In this document: piece by piece, positions 48,541-57,082 of the stretch | Layout of the letters: each line of letters starts with the position of its first letter | Position numbering within the stretch: position 1 is the first letter of the stretch | Assembly (NCBI GenBank): GCA_030693325.1 | Contig: JAUYAV010000019.1 | Location: 134,618 to 198,617 of the forward strand | Reading direction: 5' to 3' | Length of the DNA: 64,000 nt | Source: a bacterium | GTDB taxonomy: Bacteria > Patescibacteriota > Minisyncoccia > UBA6257 > MFKM01 | Notes under the pieces: model-generated | Database searches by the model: none | The model's input: only the letters and a program-made list of their open reading frames with translations | Told to the model about the DNA's origin: nothing | Made by a program: the position numbers and the translations under genes

Positions 48541-49281
48541 ATGATTTCTTTAATTTATGAAACTAAGGATTTTATCGCGGTTAATAAACCGTCCGGAGTT
48601 TTGGTTCATCCGATTGAAAGCCAAAAAGAGCAAACTGAATTAACATTGGTTGATTGGGTTTTGGAAAGATACCCCGAAGTAAAAAATGTCGGAGATGACC
48701 CGATAATTCGGCCGGGAATCGTTCATCGGCTGGATCGCGACACTTCCGGAGTGATTATAATCTGCCGCAACCAGCAGTTTTTTGAATATCTGAAAAATCT
48801 TTTCAAAACTCACCAGATTAAAAAGACATATCTGGCCTTAGTTTGGGGGAAACTGGAACCGAAATCCGGCGAAATAAACGCCCCAATCGGCATTAAAAGC
48901 GGAACAATAAAAAGAACCGTCTGCCAGAGAAAAGCTAAAGACATAAAGGAGGCGATAACAGAATATAAAGTTTTAAATTATTATCAGTATAAATCAGATT
49001 TAAATCAGCATGAATCAGCGACTTTCAGCTTGCTGAAAGTAACTCCTAAAACCGGTCGGACGCATCAGATTAGAATTCATTTGGCGTCAGTCAATCATTC
49101 GGTGGTGGGAGACAAGCTTTATGGTTTTAAAAAACTGAAAATACCGTTTGATTTAAACCGGCAATTCCTTCATGCTACTTCTTTGGAGTTTAGTTCGGCT
49201 GACGGGCATCGTATTAAACTTGAAGCTGAATTGCCGGAAGAACTCAGAAGGATTATTGACACGCTTGACGAAAAAAGTTAA
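48541..49281 (+). CDS. RluA-family pseudouridine synthase
   Basis: HRLDRDTSGVII catalytic Asp motif. Confidence 0.85.
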   Translation: MISLIYETKDFIAVNKPSGVLVHPIESQKEQTELTLVDWVLERYPEVKNVGDDPIIRPGIVHRLDRDTSGVIIICRNQQFFEYLKNLFKTHQIKKTYLALVWGKLEPKSGEINAPIGIKSGTIKRTVCQRKAKDIKEAITEYKVLNYYQYKSDLNQHESATFSLLKVTPKTGRTHQIRIHLASVNHSVVGDKLYGFKKLKIPFDLNRQFLHATSLEFSSADGHRIKLEAELPEELRRIIDTLDEKS

Positions 49282-49292
49282 GCTAAATAACT

Positions 49293-49691
49293 ATGGAAAA
49301 AGAGATTTTGGAAAAAATAAAACCTGGCGTTACTATCCGGGTTCATGAAAAATTCAAGGAAGGGGAAAAAACCCGGACTAGTCTTTTTGAAGGAACGATT
49401 CTTGCCCGCAAGCACGGCTCGGAAATCGGGGCGACTTTCACTGTCCGAAGAGTGAGCCAGGGAGTAGGCATGGAAAAGATTTTCCCGATTCATTCACCGA
49501 ATATTTATAAAATAGAAATTTTAAGAAGCCCTAAGGTGAGGCGGGCGAAACTTTATTATCTGCGGAGAGAATCCGAAAAAGAAGTCCGGCGAAAACTTAA
49601 AAAAGAAATGGTCAAAACCGTGGCCGCCAAGAAAACAGAATTAACCGAGGAACCGGTGGAAGTTCAAATCAACGAAAATTCGGTAAAATAA
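49293..49691 (+). CDS. rplS: 50S ribosomal protein L19
   Basis: [22 protein letters not shown]…[11 protein letters not shown]. Confidence 0.9.
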   Translation: MEKEILEKIKPGVTIRVHEKFKEGEKTRTSLFEGTILARKHGSEIGATFTVRRVSQGVGMEKIFPIHSPNIYKIEILRSPKVRRAKLYYLRRESEKEVRRKLKKEMVKTVAAKKTELTEEPVEVQINENSVK

Positions 49692-49701
49692 AAACCCAAA
49701 A

Positions 49702-49783
49702 GCCCAGGTGGCGGAACTGGTATACGCGTGCGTTCGAGGGGCGCATGCCGCAAGGATTGAGGGTTCAAATCCCTCCCTGGGCA
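49702..49783 (+). tRNA. Type II (long variable arm) tRNA with a Leu-like body (A73, GCGG…CGCG D-arm). The anticodon reading is ambiguous: GAG (Leu) or CGA.
   Basis: Manual fold: acceptor GCCCAGG/CCUGGGC; T-arm GAGGGTTCAAATCCCTC; anticodon region GUGCGUUCGAGGGGCGCA. Confidence 0.7.
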
Positions 49784-49855
49784 CATTATCCTTGCTTAAT
49801 AATCGGTTTTTTGTTAATATTAAAATACCCAAGCGGGTATTTTAATTTTGTCTAT

Positions 49856-51841
49856 ATGGCTAAAAAACAGGGAAAAATTAAGGAAAAATCAATAAAAAAA
49901 GGAACCGCTGAAGCTACTCCGGCTAAAGAGAAGGAGGTTTCTTACGAAGCCAAGGATATCTATGTTTTGGAAGGGCTGGAACCGGTCAGAAAACGTCCGG
50001 CGATGTATATCGGCTCAACCGGCGTTGACGGGCTTCATCATTTAATTTGGGAAGTAGTGGACAACTGCATTGACGAGGCGATGGGCGGTTACGCCAAAAA
50101 TATCAAAGTGGAATTGTTTAAAGATAACCGGGTGGCGGTGGCTGATGACGGCCGCGGCATTCCGGTAGATATTCATCCTCACACTAAAAAATCGGCCTTG
50201 GAAACCGTGTTGTGCACTTTGCATGCAGGTGGAAAATTCGGGGGCGAATCATACAAAGTGGCAGGCGGGCTTCATGGTGTCGGCGTTTCGGTGGTCAACG
50301 CTTTATCAAGATGGCTGCGGGTTGAGGTTTGTCGAAACGGCAATCTTTATTCGCAGGAATACAAAGAAGGCAAGCCGCAATACAAAGTCAGAAAAGAAGG
50401 GAAATGCGGGCAGACGGGGACTAAAGTAATTTTTGAACCTGATACGAAGATTTTTCAAGCGGTTGAATTTGATTTGAAAAAAATAATCGGCCATCTCCGA
50501 CAGCAGGCCTATTTGACGCCGAAGTTAAGAATAGAAATTATTGACAATCGTTCGGAACAGACCGAGGCCTATGGTTTTTATTTTGAAGGAGGACTTAAAT
50601 CTTTTGTTAAATATTTAATCGGGAACAAAGAACCGATTCAAAATCAAATTTTTCATCAAAGCCGGAGTTACGAAAAAATTTTGGTGGAATCGGCTTTTAC
50701 TTACACCAACGACATTGAAGTTCAGGAAATAAGTTTCGCTAATAATATTTATACCCCCGATGGCGGGATGCATTCAACCGGTTTTCGGTCGGCTTTGACC
50801 AGAACTATTAATGATTTCGGCCGCCGCGAGGGCTATCTTAAAGAATCCGAGGAAAATTTAATCGGCGAGGATGTCCGCGAAGGTTTGGTGGCGGCGGTGT
50901 CGGTAAAATTAGGGGAACCTCAATTTGAGGGGCAAACCAAAGCCCGGTTGGGCAATCCGGAAGCCCGAACTGCGGTGGAAACCGTAGTCAATGAAGCACT
51001 TAAGGAATTTTTTGAGCGTTATCCATCTGACGGCCGAAGGATTGTTGAAAAATGTCTTTTGACGGCTAAAGCGCGGCAGGCGGCCAAAGCGGCCAAAGAA
51101 ACGGTTTTGAGAAAAGGGGCTTTAGAAGGAATGACTTTACCGGGAAAATTAGCTGATTGCAGTTCTCGCAGTCCCGAAGAATCAGAGCTGTTCATCGTTG
51201 AGGGCGATTCGGCCGGCGGAAGCGCCAAGCAGGGCCGCGATAGGCGGACTCAGGCCATCTTGCCTTTGCGGGGCAAAATTCTTAATGTGGAAAAATCAAG
51301 AATGGACAAGATGCTGATGAACCAGGAAATAAGGAACTTGGTTATCGCCATCGGCACGGCTATTGGTGAAGCCTTTGATCTTTCAAAACTTCGCTATCAT
51401 AAGGTGATTATTATGACTGATGCCGATACTGACGGCGCTCACATCCGGACCTTGTTGTTGACTCTTTTTTACCGCTATCTTGTGCCTATAATTGAAAACG
51501 GGCATCTTTTTATCGCCCAGCCGCCGCTTTTCCGTCTTCAGAAAGGCAAGGAAGTCCATTATGCTTACAAAGAAGCGGAACGGGACCGTATTCTTAAATT
51601 ATTTTCTGACGATGGGAAAACCGGCGTGACTATCCAACGCTATAAAGGTTTGGGAGAAATGAATCCCGAACAACTCTGGGAAACAACGATGAATTCCGAT
51701 TCCCGCCAGTTGAAACAGGTGATGATAGAAGATGCGGTTGAAGCCGACCGGCTTTTTGATATTCTCATGGGGGAGGAAGTGGAGCCCCGGAAGAATTTCA
51801 TCCAGGCGCATGCCACCGCCGTTAAAAATTTGGATATTTGA
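49856..51841 (+). CDS. gyrB: DNA gyrase subunit B (or topoisomerase IV subunit B). The true start is MAKKQG; the track's N-terminal extension overlaps the tRNA.
   Basis: GHKL ATPase, TOPRIM (EGDSAGG) and [11 protein letters not shown] motifs. Confidence 0.85.
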   Translation: MAKKQGKIKEKSIKKGTAEATPAKEKEVSYEAKDIYVLEGLEPVRKRPAMYIGSTGVDGLHHLIWEVVDNCIDEAMGGYAKNIKVELFKDNRVAVADDGRGIPVDIHPHTKKSALETVLCTLHAGGKFGGESYKVAGGLHGVGVSVVNALSRWLRVEVCRNGNLYSQEYKEGKPQYKVRKEGKCGQTGTKVIFEPDTKIFQAVEFDLKKIIGHLRQQAYLTPKLRIEIIDNRSEQTEAYGFYFEGGLKSFVKYLIGNKEPIQNQIFHQSRSYEKILVESAFTYTNDIEVQEISFANNIYTPDGGMHSTGFRSALTRTINDFGRREGYLKESEENLIGEDVREGLVAAVSVKLGEPQFEGQTKARLGNPEARTAVETVVNEALKEFFERYPSDGRRIVEKCLLTAKARQAAKAAKETVLRKGALEGMTLPGKLADCSSRSPEESELFIVEGDSAGGSAKQGRDRRTQAILPLRGKILNVEKSRMDKMLMNQEIRNLVIAIGTAIGEAFDLSKLRYHKVIIMTDADTDGAHIRTLLLTLFYRYLVPIIENGHLFIAQPPLFRLQKGKEVHYAYKEAERDRILKLFSDDGKTGVTIQRYKGLGEMNPEQLWETTMNSDSRQLKQVMIEDAVEADRLFDILMGEEVEPRKNFIQAHATAVKNLDI

Positions 51842-51884
51842 TTCTTCATTTACAAATTCCAATTTTAATATATAATCTTAAATT

Positions 51885-52073
51885 ATGCTCACTAAGATCA
51901 AAAATTTTCTGCAGGAAGCCATACAGGAATTCAAAAGAATCAATTGGCCTTCACGCCAAGAAGCTACCCGTTACACTTTATTTGTGATTGTTTTTTCTTT
52001 GGCAACGGCGGCATTCTTAGGATTAATTGATTTCATTTTTCTTTTTCTGTTAAATAAATTTTTTATAAAATAA
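51885..52073 (+). CDS. secE: Preprotein translocase subunit SecE
   Basis: 62 aa, single C-terminal TM helix; upstream of nusG. Confidence 0.8.
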   Translation: MLTKIKNFLQEAIQEFKRINWPSRQEATRYTLFVIVFSLATAAFLGLIDFIFLFLLNKFFIK

Positions 52074-52074
52074 A

Positions 52075-52623
52075 ATGCCCAAACAAGCGCCAAAACAAGA
52101 ACGCCATTGGTATGCCATTCACACTTATTCCGGCTATGAAGATGCCGTAGTTCGCTATTTAAAACAGAGATTAGAATCTTTGGAAATGCAGGAAAAAATT
52201 TTTGAGGTATTAGTTCCAAAGGAGAAAAAAATTAAAATAAAAAACGGTAAGCGTCAGCAAATTGAAGAAAAAATTTATCCCGGATATGTCTTGGTTGATA
52301 TGATTTTGGACGATGATTCCTGGTATGTGGTCAGAAATACGCCAAGGGTAACCGGTTTTGTCGGGGCGGAAAGCACCAAGCCGACCCCGCTTTCTAAAGA
52401 AGAAATTGAAAGTTTGATGGCGAAGATGGGCGAGAAGGAAGCGAAATTCAATATTGACTTTAAGGTGGGAGAAATGGTAAAAATTGTTGATGGCCCCTTC
52501 AGAGACCATGACGGCAAAATAGCGGAAATTATAGAAGAGCACGGCAAGGTTAAAGTGAAGGTTCCTATTTTCAGCCGTGAAACCATAATTGAATTAGATA
52601 TGTTGCAGGTAAAAAAATTATAA
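52075..52623 (+). CDS. nusG: Transcription antitermination factor NusG
   Basis: NGN domain [11 protein letters not shown] plus a C-terminal KOW. Confidence 0.93.
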   Translation: MPKQAPKQERHWYAIHTYSGYEDAVVRYLKQRLESLEMQEKIFEVLVPKEKKIKIKNGKRQQIEEKIYPGYVLVDMILDDDSWYVVRNTPRVTGFVGAESTKPTPLSKEEIESLMAKMGEKEAKFNIDFKVGEMVKIVDGPFRDHDGKIAEIIEEHGKVKVKVPIFSRETIIELDMLQVKKL

Positions 52624-52624
52624 T

Positions 52625-53047
52625 ATGGCAAAACTAATAAAAATAATTACAAAATTGCAGATTCAGGCCGGCAAGGCCAATCCGGCGCCTCCGGTGGGCA
52701 CGGCCTTAGGCCCGCATGGAGTTAATATCGGGCAATTCTGCTCTCAATTCAATGAAGCAACCAAGGAAATGAGTGATGTTATTCCGGTTGTGATTACCAT
52801 TTATCAGGACCGAAGTTTTGAATTTAAGCTGAAAACCCCGCCGGTTTCGGCTTTGCTTAAAAAAGCCGCTGGTTTGGAAAAAGGCTCCGGTGATCCGTTG
52901 AAAACCAAAGTGGGGAAAGTAACCAAGGAAGATGTCCGCAAAATTGTTGAAAGGAAAATGGTGGATTTGAACACCGACAGCATAGAATCGGCCGAGAAAA
53001 TTGTAGCAGGAACGGCGAGAAGCATGGGGATTGAGATAGAAAAGTAG
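52625..53047 (+). CDS. rplK: 50S ribosomal protein L11 (no rplA follows)
   Basis: [21 protein letters not shown]. Confidence 0.95.
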   Translation: MAKLIKIITKLQIQAGKANPAPPVGTALGPHGVNIGQFCSQFNEATKEMSDVIPVVITIYQDRSFEFKLKTPPVSALLKKAAGLEKGSGDPLKTKVGKVTKEDVRKIVERKMVDLNTDSIESAEKIVAGTARSMGIEIEK

Positions 53048-53065
53048 AAAGATAAATTGACCCCT

Positions 53066-53109
53066 AAGGCCTTCTGATTTAGAATCAAATCAGAAGGCCT
53101 TTTTATTTT
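53066..53109 (+). terminator. Strong rho-independent terminator after rplK
   Basis: aaggccttctgattt-agaatc-aaatcagaaggcctttttatttt. Confidence 0.8.
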
Positions 53110-53110
53110 A

Positions 53111-53719
53111 ATGCGCAAAAATCCCTATAAAGGAAAATTTATTGTTTTTGAAGGATTGGATGGTTCCGGGAAAAGCGTTCAGATGGAGCTTTTAGATAGA
53201 TTCTTAAAAAAAGGTGGATTTGACGTTGTTTTGACAAAAGAACCAACGATGGATTCGCGCGCCGGCAAAACGATTCGTCTTGTTTTGGAAAGAAAGAAAA
53301 AAATTTCGCCTAAAAAACTTCAGGCGTTGTATAGCCAGGATAGAAAAGCCCATCTAACCGGGCTTATTATGCCTAATCTCAAAAAAGGTAAAGTTGTTAT
53401 TTCTGACAGATATTGTTTTTCGTCTTTTGCCTATGGAAGCATGGGAGTGCCGTTAAGCTATCTTCTAAAAATTAATGATAAATTTTTATTGCCTGATTTG
53501 GTTTATTTTATAAATACCAACCCGGAAACCTGTATTTCACGGATAGAAAAAAGAGGGAAGAAGAAAACTCTGTTTGAGTATAAAGAAAAATTGGAAAATG
53601 TTTATCAAAATTATAAAAAAATTCTCAAGAAATTCAAAAATGTTATCATAATTGACGGAGAGAAAAGCATCAAAGAAACACACCGGCAGATAATTAAAAA
53701 GATTATAAATTATGTATAA
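53111..53719 (+). CDS. tmk: Thymidylate kinase
   Basis: FIVFEGLDGSGKS P-loop. Confidence 0.85.
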   Translation: MRKNPYKGKFIVFEGLDGSGKSVQMELLDRFLKKGGFDVVLTKEPTMDSRAGKTIRLVLERKKKISPKKLQALYSQDRKAHLTGLIMPNLKKGKVVISDRYCFSSFAYGSMGVPLSYLLKINDKFLLPDLVYFINTNPETCISRIEKRGKKKTLFEYKEKLENVYQNYKKILKKFKNVIIIDGEKSIKETHRQIIKKIINYV

Positions 53720-55169
53720 ACCCACTATTGGTTTGGAAATTCACTCTGAATTAAAGACCAGAAGCAAAATGTTTTGTGCTAGTCCGAATAACCCCGATGA
53801 AACCCGGCCTAATTTCAATGTTTGCCCGATTTGCCTGGGGCATCCCGGAACCCTGCCGGTTATTAACGAAGAAGCCGTAAAATCAGTTATCAAGCTGGGC
53901 TTGGCTGTTGCCGGGAAAATTCCTTTAGTTTCCCGTTTTGACCGCAAAAGTTATTTTTATCCCGACTTGCCCAAAGGTTATCAGATTTCCCAATATAAAC
54001 AGCCGTTGGTGGAGGGCGGAACTTTGAACGGCGTTAAAATCACCAGAGTCCATTTAGAAGAAGATACTGGCACGCTTTCTCATGATAAAGAAAATCACAG
54101 TTTGGTGGATTTCAACCGCGCCGGCGTTCCTTTAATGGAATTAGTTACCGAGCCGGATATCAGAAGCGGTGAAGAAGCGGTGGCTTTTGCCAAAGAATTA
54201 CAGCTTATTTTACGGTATCTGGATATTTCCGAGGCCAATATGGAAAAAGGGCAAATGCGGGTGGAGGTAAATATTTCGCTTCGTGAAATCGCGGATATCA
54301 GCATGAATCAGTTTGATAATCAGCATGAATCAGCGTCTACCTTAGGAACTAAGGTAGAAGTAAAAAATTTAAATTCTTTTAAGTCGGTGAAAGAGGCGGT
54401 TGATTATGAAATAAAAAGACAGACTGAAATTTTAGAGGAGGGGAAGCAGGTGATACATGAAACCCGCGGCTGGGATGACGTAAAAAGAATAACAGTCAGT
54501 CAGCGCAGTAAGGAAAAAGCCCATGATTATCGTTATTTTCCGGAACCGGATTTGCCGCCGCTGGATTTAGTCAAATTTAATATTAAAGAATTGAAAGATT
54601 CGCTTCCGGAATTGCCGGCGGCAAAAAGAAATCGTTTTGAAAAAGAATATGGCCTGACGCTGGCCCAGGCGGAAATTCTCATTGAAGATAATTATATCGC
54701 CGGATATTTTGAAAAGGCCGTGAAGGAACTTAAACTTCTGGCTTCAGATTATAAACCCCAAGTTTTGTTTAATTATTTAACTTCAGACTTTTTTGGCTTG
54801 ATAACCGAACAGGGGATTTCTTTAAAAGAATCAAAAATCAATCCGCGGCAGTTAGCCGAACTAACGGGTTTGATTATTGAAAATAAAATTTCCAGCCGAA
54901 TCGCCAAGGATGTTCTGGGAGAAATGTTTTTATCCGGCTTAAACCCGCGGCAGATTATCCAGGAAAAAGGATTAAGTCAGATTTCTGATGAAGCGATAAT
55001 TAAAAAAACTATAGAGGAGGTGATAATGGAAAATTCGGCGGCCTTGTCTGATTATAGAAAAGGCAAAGCCAATGCCTTGCAATTTTTAATCGGTCAGGCG
55101 ATGAAAAAGCTCAAAGGCCAAGCCAACCCTGAAATCCTGAAAAATCTTTTTGAAGAATCTTTACGATAA
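53712..55169 (+). CDS. gatB: Asp/Glu-tRNA(Asn/Gln) amidotransferase subunit B. It contains the in-frame AATCAGC mini-repeat.
   Basis: PTIGLEIHSELKT; full GatB/YqeY domains. Confidence 0.92.
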   Translation: MYKPTIGLEIHSELKTRSKMFCASPNNPDETRPNFNVCPICLGHPGTLPVINEEAVKSVIKLGLAVAGKIPLVSRFDRKSYFYPDLPKGYQISQYKQPLVEGGTLNGVKITRVHLEEDTGTLSHDKENHSLVDFNRAGVPLMELVTEPDIRSGEEAVAFAKELQLILRYLDISEANMEKGQMRVEVNISLREIADISMNQFDNQHESASTLGTKVEVKNLNSFKSVKEAVDYEIKRQTEILEEGKQVIHETRGWDDVKRITVSQRSKEKAHDYRYFPEPDLPPLDLVKFNIKELKDSLPELPAAKRNRFEKEYGLTLAQAEILIEDNYIAGYFEKAVKELKLLASDYKPQVLFNYLTSDFFGLITEQGISLKESKINPRQLAELTGLIIENKISSRIAKDVLGEMFLSGLNPRQIIQEKGLSQISDEAIIKKTIEEVIMENSAALSDYRKGKANALQFLIGQAMKKLKGQANPEILKNLFEESLR

Positions 55170-55179
55170 TCAAAAGATT

Positions 55180-55217
55180 TACTATTGTAATTCCACGATC
55201 GTGGAATTACAATAGTA
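55180..55217. repeat. 38-bp perfect palindrome, copy 2, between the convergent gatB and miaA genes; it overlaps the last miaA codons
   Basis: Identical to 4424-4461. Confidence 0.9.
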
Positions 55218-56142
55218 AAAATTTATTTGCCATTGAACGGGCCTGATTTTCCGTCTTAATCCAAATAATACTTTTATCCCTTTTAAACCAGGTTATCTGG
55301 CGTTTGGCGTAGCGGTAAATTTCTTTTTTCATTTGCTCGGTCATTTCTTCATAAGAAATCAAACCGCGCAGATAATCGGCGGCCAGCCGGTATTCCAAGC
55401 CCAATTCCCCAAACCGTTTCCAGTTTAGTCCTTTTTTGTGGAGTTTTTCTATTTCTTCAATCAGACCTTTTTTCAGCGTTTTTTCCAATCTTTGATTGAT
55501 TAACTGCCGAAGTTCGTTTGGTGTTTTTTTGATGCCTATTTTTAATACCGCAAACGCGGTCGCTGATTTCCGCTGATTCCGCTGATTTACGCTGATAGCA
55601 TTTCGCTCTAACGGCGGTACGGGAGATCCGGTTGTGATAACGATTTCCAGGGCCCTGACTAATCTTCTTCGGTTGCAAGGGTCAATATTAGCCGCTCTTT
55701 TGGGATCAAATTTCTGAAGCATCCGGAAAAGTTCTTCTAATGATTTTTTTTCAAGCCGTTTTCGCAAACCTTTCTGAGGAGCCACGGCCGGCAATTTATA
55801 ATCATAAATCAAAGCGTCAATGTAAAATCCGCTGCCGCCGACTATTATTGGAAATTTATTTTTTTTAAAAATTCCATTCAGGATTTTTTTGGCCGCTTTT
55901 TGATATTGGACCACAGTATAAGTTTTTTGCGGCTTAACAATGTCAATCATATGATGTTTGACGCCTTTCATTTCTTTTTTGGTTATTTTTTCCGTGCCGA
56001 TATTCAGTCCTTTATAAATCTGGCGGGAGTCAGCCGAAATTATTTCGCCGTTAAATTTCTTGGCGATTTTAATGGCCAATTGCGATTTCCCGGAAGCCGT
56101 CGGCCCGAGAATGACGATGATTTTATTATTTATATTTTTCAT
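55207..56142 (-). CDS. miaA: tRNA dimethylallyltransferase
   Basis: GPTASGKS P-loop; IISADSRQIY. Confidence 0.9.
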   Translation of the reverse strand: MKNINNKIIVILGPTASGKSQLAIKIAKKFNGEIISADSRQIYKGLNIGTEKITKKEMKGVKHHMIDIVKPQKTYTVVQYQKAAKKILNGIFKKNKFPIIVGGSGFYIDALIYDYKLPAVAPQKGLRKRLEKKSLEELFRMLQKFDPKRAANIDPCNRRRLVRALEIVITTGSPVPPLERNAISVNQRNQRKSATAFAVLKIGIKKTPNELRQLINQRLEKTLKKGLIEEIEKLHKKGLNWKRFGELGLEYRLAADYLRGLISYEEMTEQMKKEIYRYAKRQITWFKRDKSIIWIKTENQARSMANKFLLL

Positions 56143-56228
56143 TTATTTCATTATAAACCATTTTGGTTGATTTTTTTAAAAAAAAGTGTCCCGATAGTTA
56201 TCGGGACACTGTGCTATAAGGAGGTGAA

Positions 56229-56732
56229 TTAAATATTGGGGATTTTTATCAGGAATCCGACTGGTAGCGCTCTGACTTGATCGGGGCAAGAACCAAGATT
56301 GTTAAGCCAAGCGGTATGTTTCCAATTTTTTCCGGCCAATTTGAACAAGGTATCGCCCGGCATAATTTTGTGTATGTACCCGGGGAATTTAATTATTCTA
56401 CCCGCTTGCAGATTGTCGGCGTCTTTAATATGGTTGAATTTAGCGACTTTTAACGCATTTATTCCCCCAAAGAGACTATATAGAGTGTCTCCGGTTTTTA
56501 CTTTATAGCTCAAGAGCGGGCGGTTTTCCGCGGTTTTGAGTTTTCTGGAAAGCAAAGAAACTTTCTGGGAAAGGTGGCCTATCTGAACTTCTTTTTTCTG
56601 TATTTGCTGTTTCGCGAGCGCAACTGTCTGCTGCGACTGGGAAAGCTGATTATTCTTGGAGTTAAATGCGAATGCCAAGCCGACTATCAAAACCAGGCTA
56701 ATCAGTCCGATTATCACATTAGATATTTTCAT
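56229..56732 (-). CDS. LysM-domain peptidoglycan-binding protein with an N-terminal TM anchor and two LysM repeats
   Basis: YKVKTGDTLYSLFG and HKIMPGDTLFKLAG. Confidence 0.8.
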   Translation of the reverse strand: MKISNVIIGLISLVLIVGLAFAFNSKNNQLSQSQQTVALAKQQIQKKEVQIGHLSQKVSLLSRKLKTAENRPLLSYKVKTGDTLYSLFGGINALKVAKFNHIKDADNLQAGRIIKFPGYIHKIMPGDTLFKLAGKNWKHTAWLNNLGSCPDQVRALPVGFLIKIPNI

Positions 56733-56744
56733 TGCGTTCCCTCC

Positions 56745-56850
56745 TTCTGTAAAACGTCCTGCGCTGCCGGCAATCCGGCCAGGATTGCTTTGGACGGCCC
56801 TTCCTTACGGGCGTTGGTCACCGCGCCAAAATTAGCACGGGGGACTTGTC
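56745..56850 (-). ncRNA. GC-rich (~65%) structured RNA candidate in the LysM leader, closed by CCUGCGC…GCGCAGG with nested GC hairpins. Riboswitch or other cis-regulatory RNA; identity not established.
   Basis: Compositional island and nested complementary segments read on the minus strand; a GUAA tetraloop is followed by GGAAGGGC. Confidence 0.4.
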
Positions 56851-56878
56851 GGTGCGCAGGGTATTGGTTAATAAATTA

Positions 56879-56965
56879 ATGGAAATAAACAGGCAGTTTA
56901 AGGTCGTGCCCGCGACCGCGTACAACAGCCTTCTTTGCAATGAGCGACCGATCTAATCAGCCAGC
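56879..56965 (-). CDS. Candidate 28-aa Cys-containing uORF peptide (MARNNIRWLIRSVAHCKEGCCTRSRARP) with a perfect SD AAAGGAGGTG
   Basis: Read manually on the minus strand; not in the ORF track because it is shorter than 60 aa. Confidence 0.3.
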
Positions 56966-57082
56966 GAATATTGTTTCTTGCCATTTTTACACCTCCTTTT
57001 AGTTAGATTTTTATGTTAAAAAGCTTTTTAAAGCAAAGCAAAGTTTTAACTTTATGTCAAGACGTTTGCGGAAATTCTGTCG

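Noticed and set aside
49745-49855. N-terminal 37-aa extension of the gyrB ORF in the track
   Set aside because: It overlaps the tRNA at 49702-49783; the conserved GyrB start is MAKKQG at ~49856.
56574-56879. 101-aa plus-strand ORF
   Set aside because: It overlaps the GC-rich leader region of the minus-strand LysM gene, and its Cys/Ala-rich translation has no family resemblance; likely spurious.
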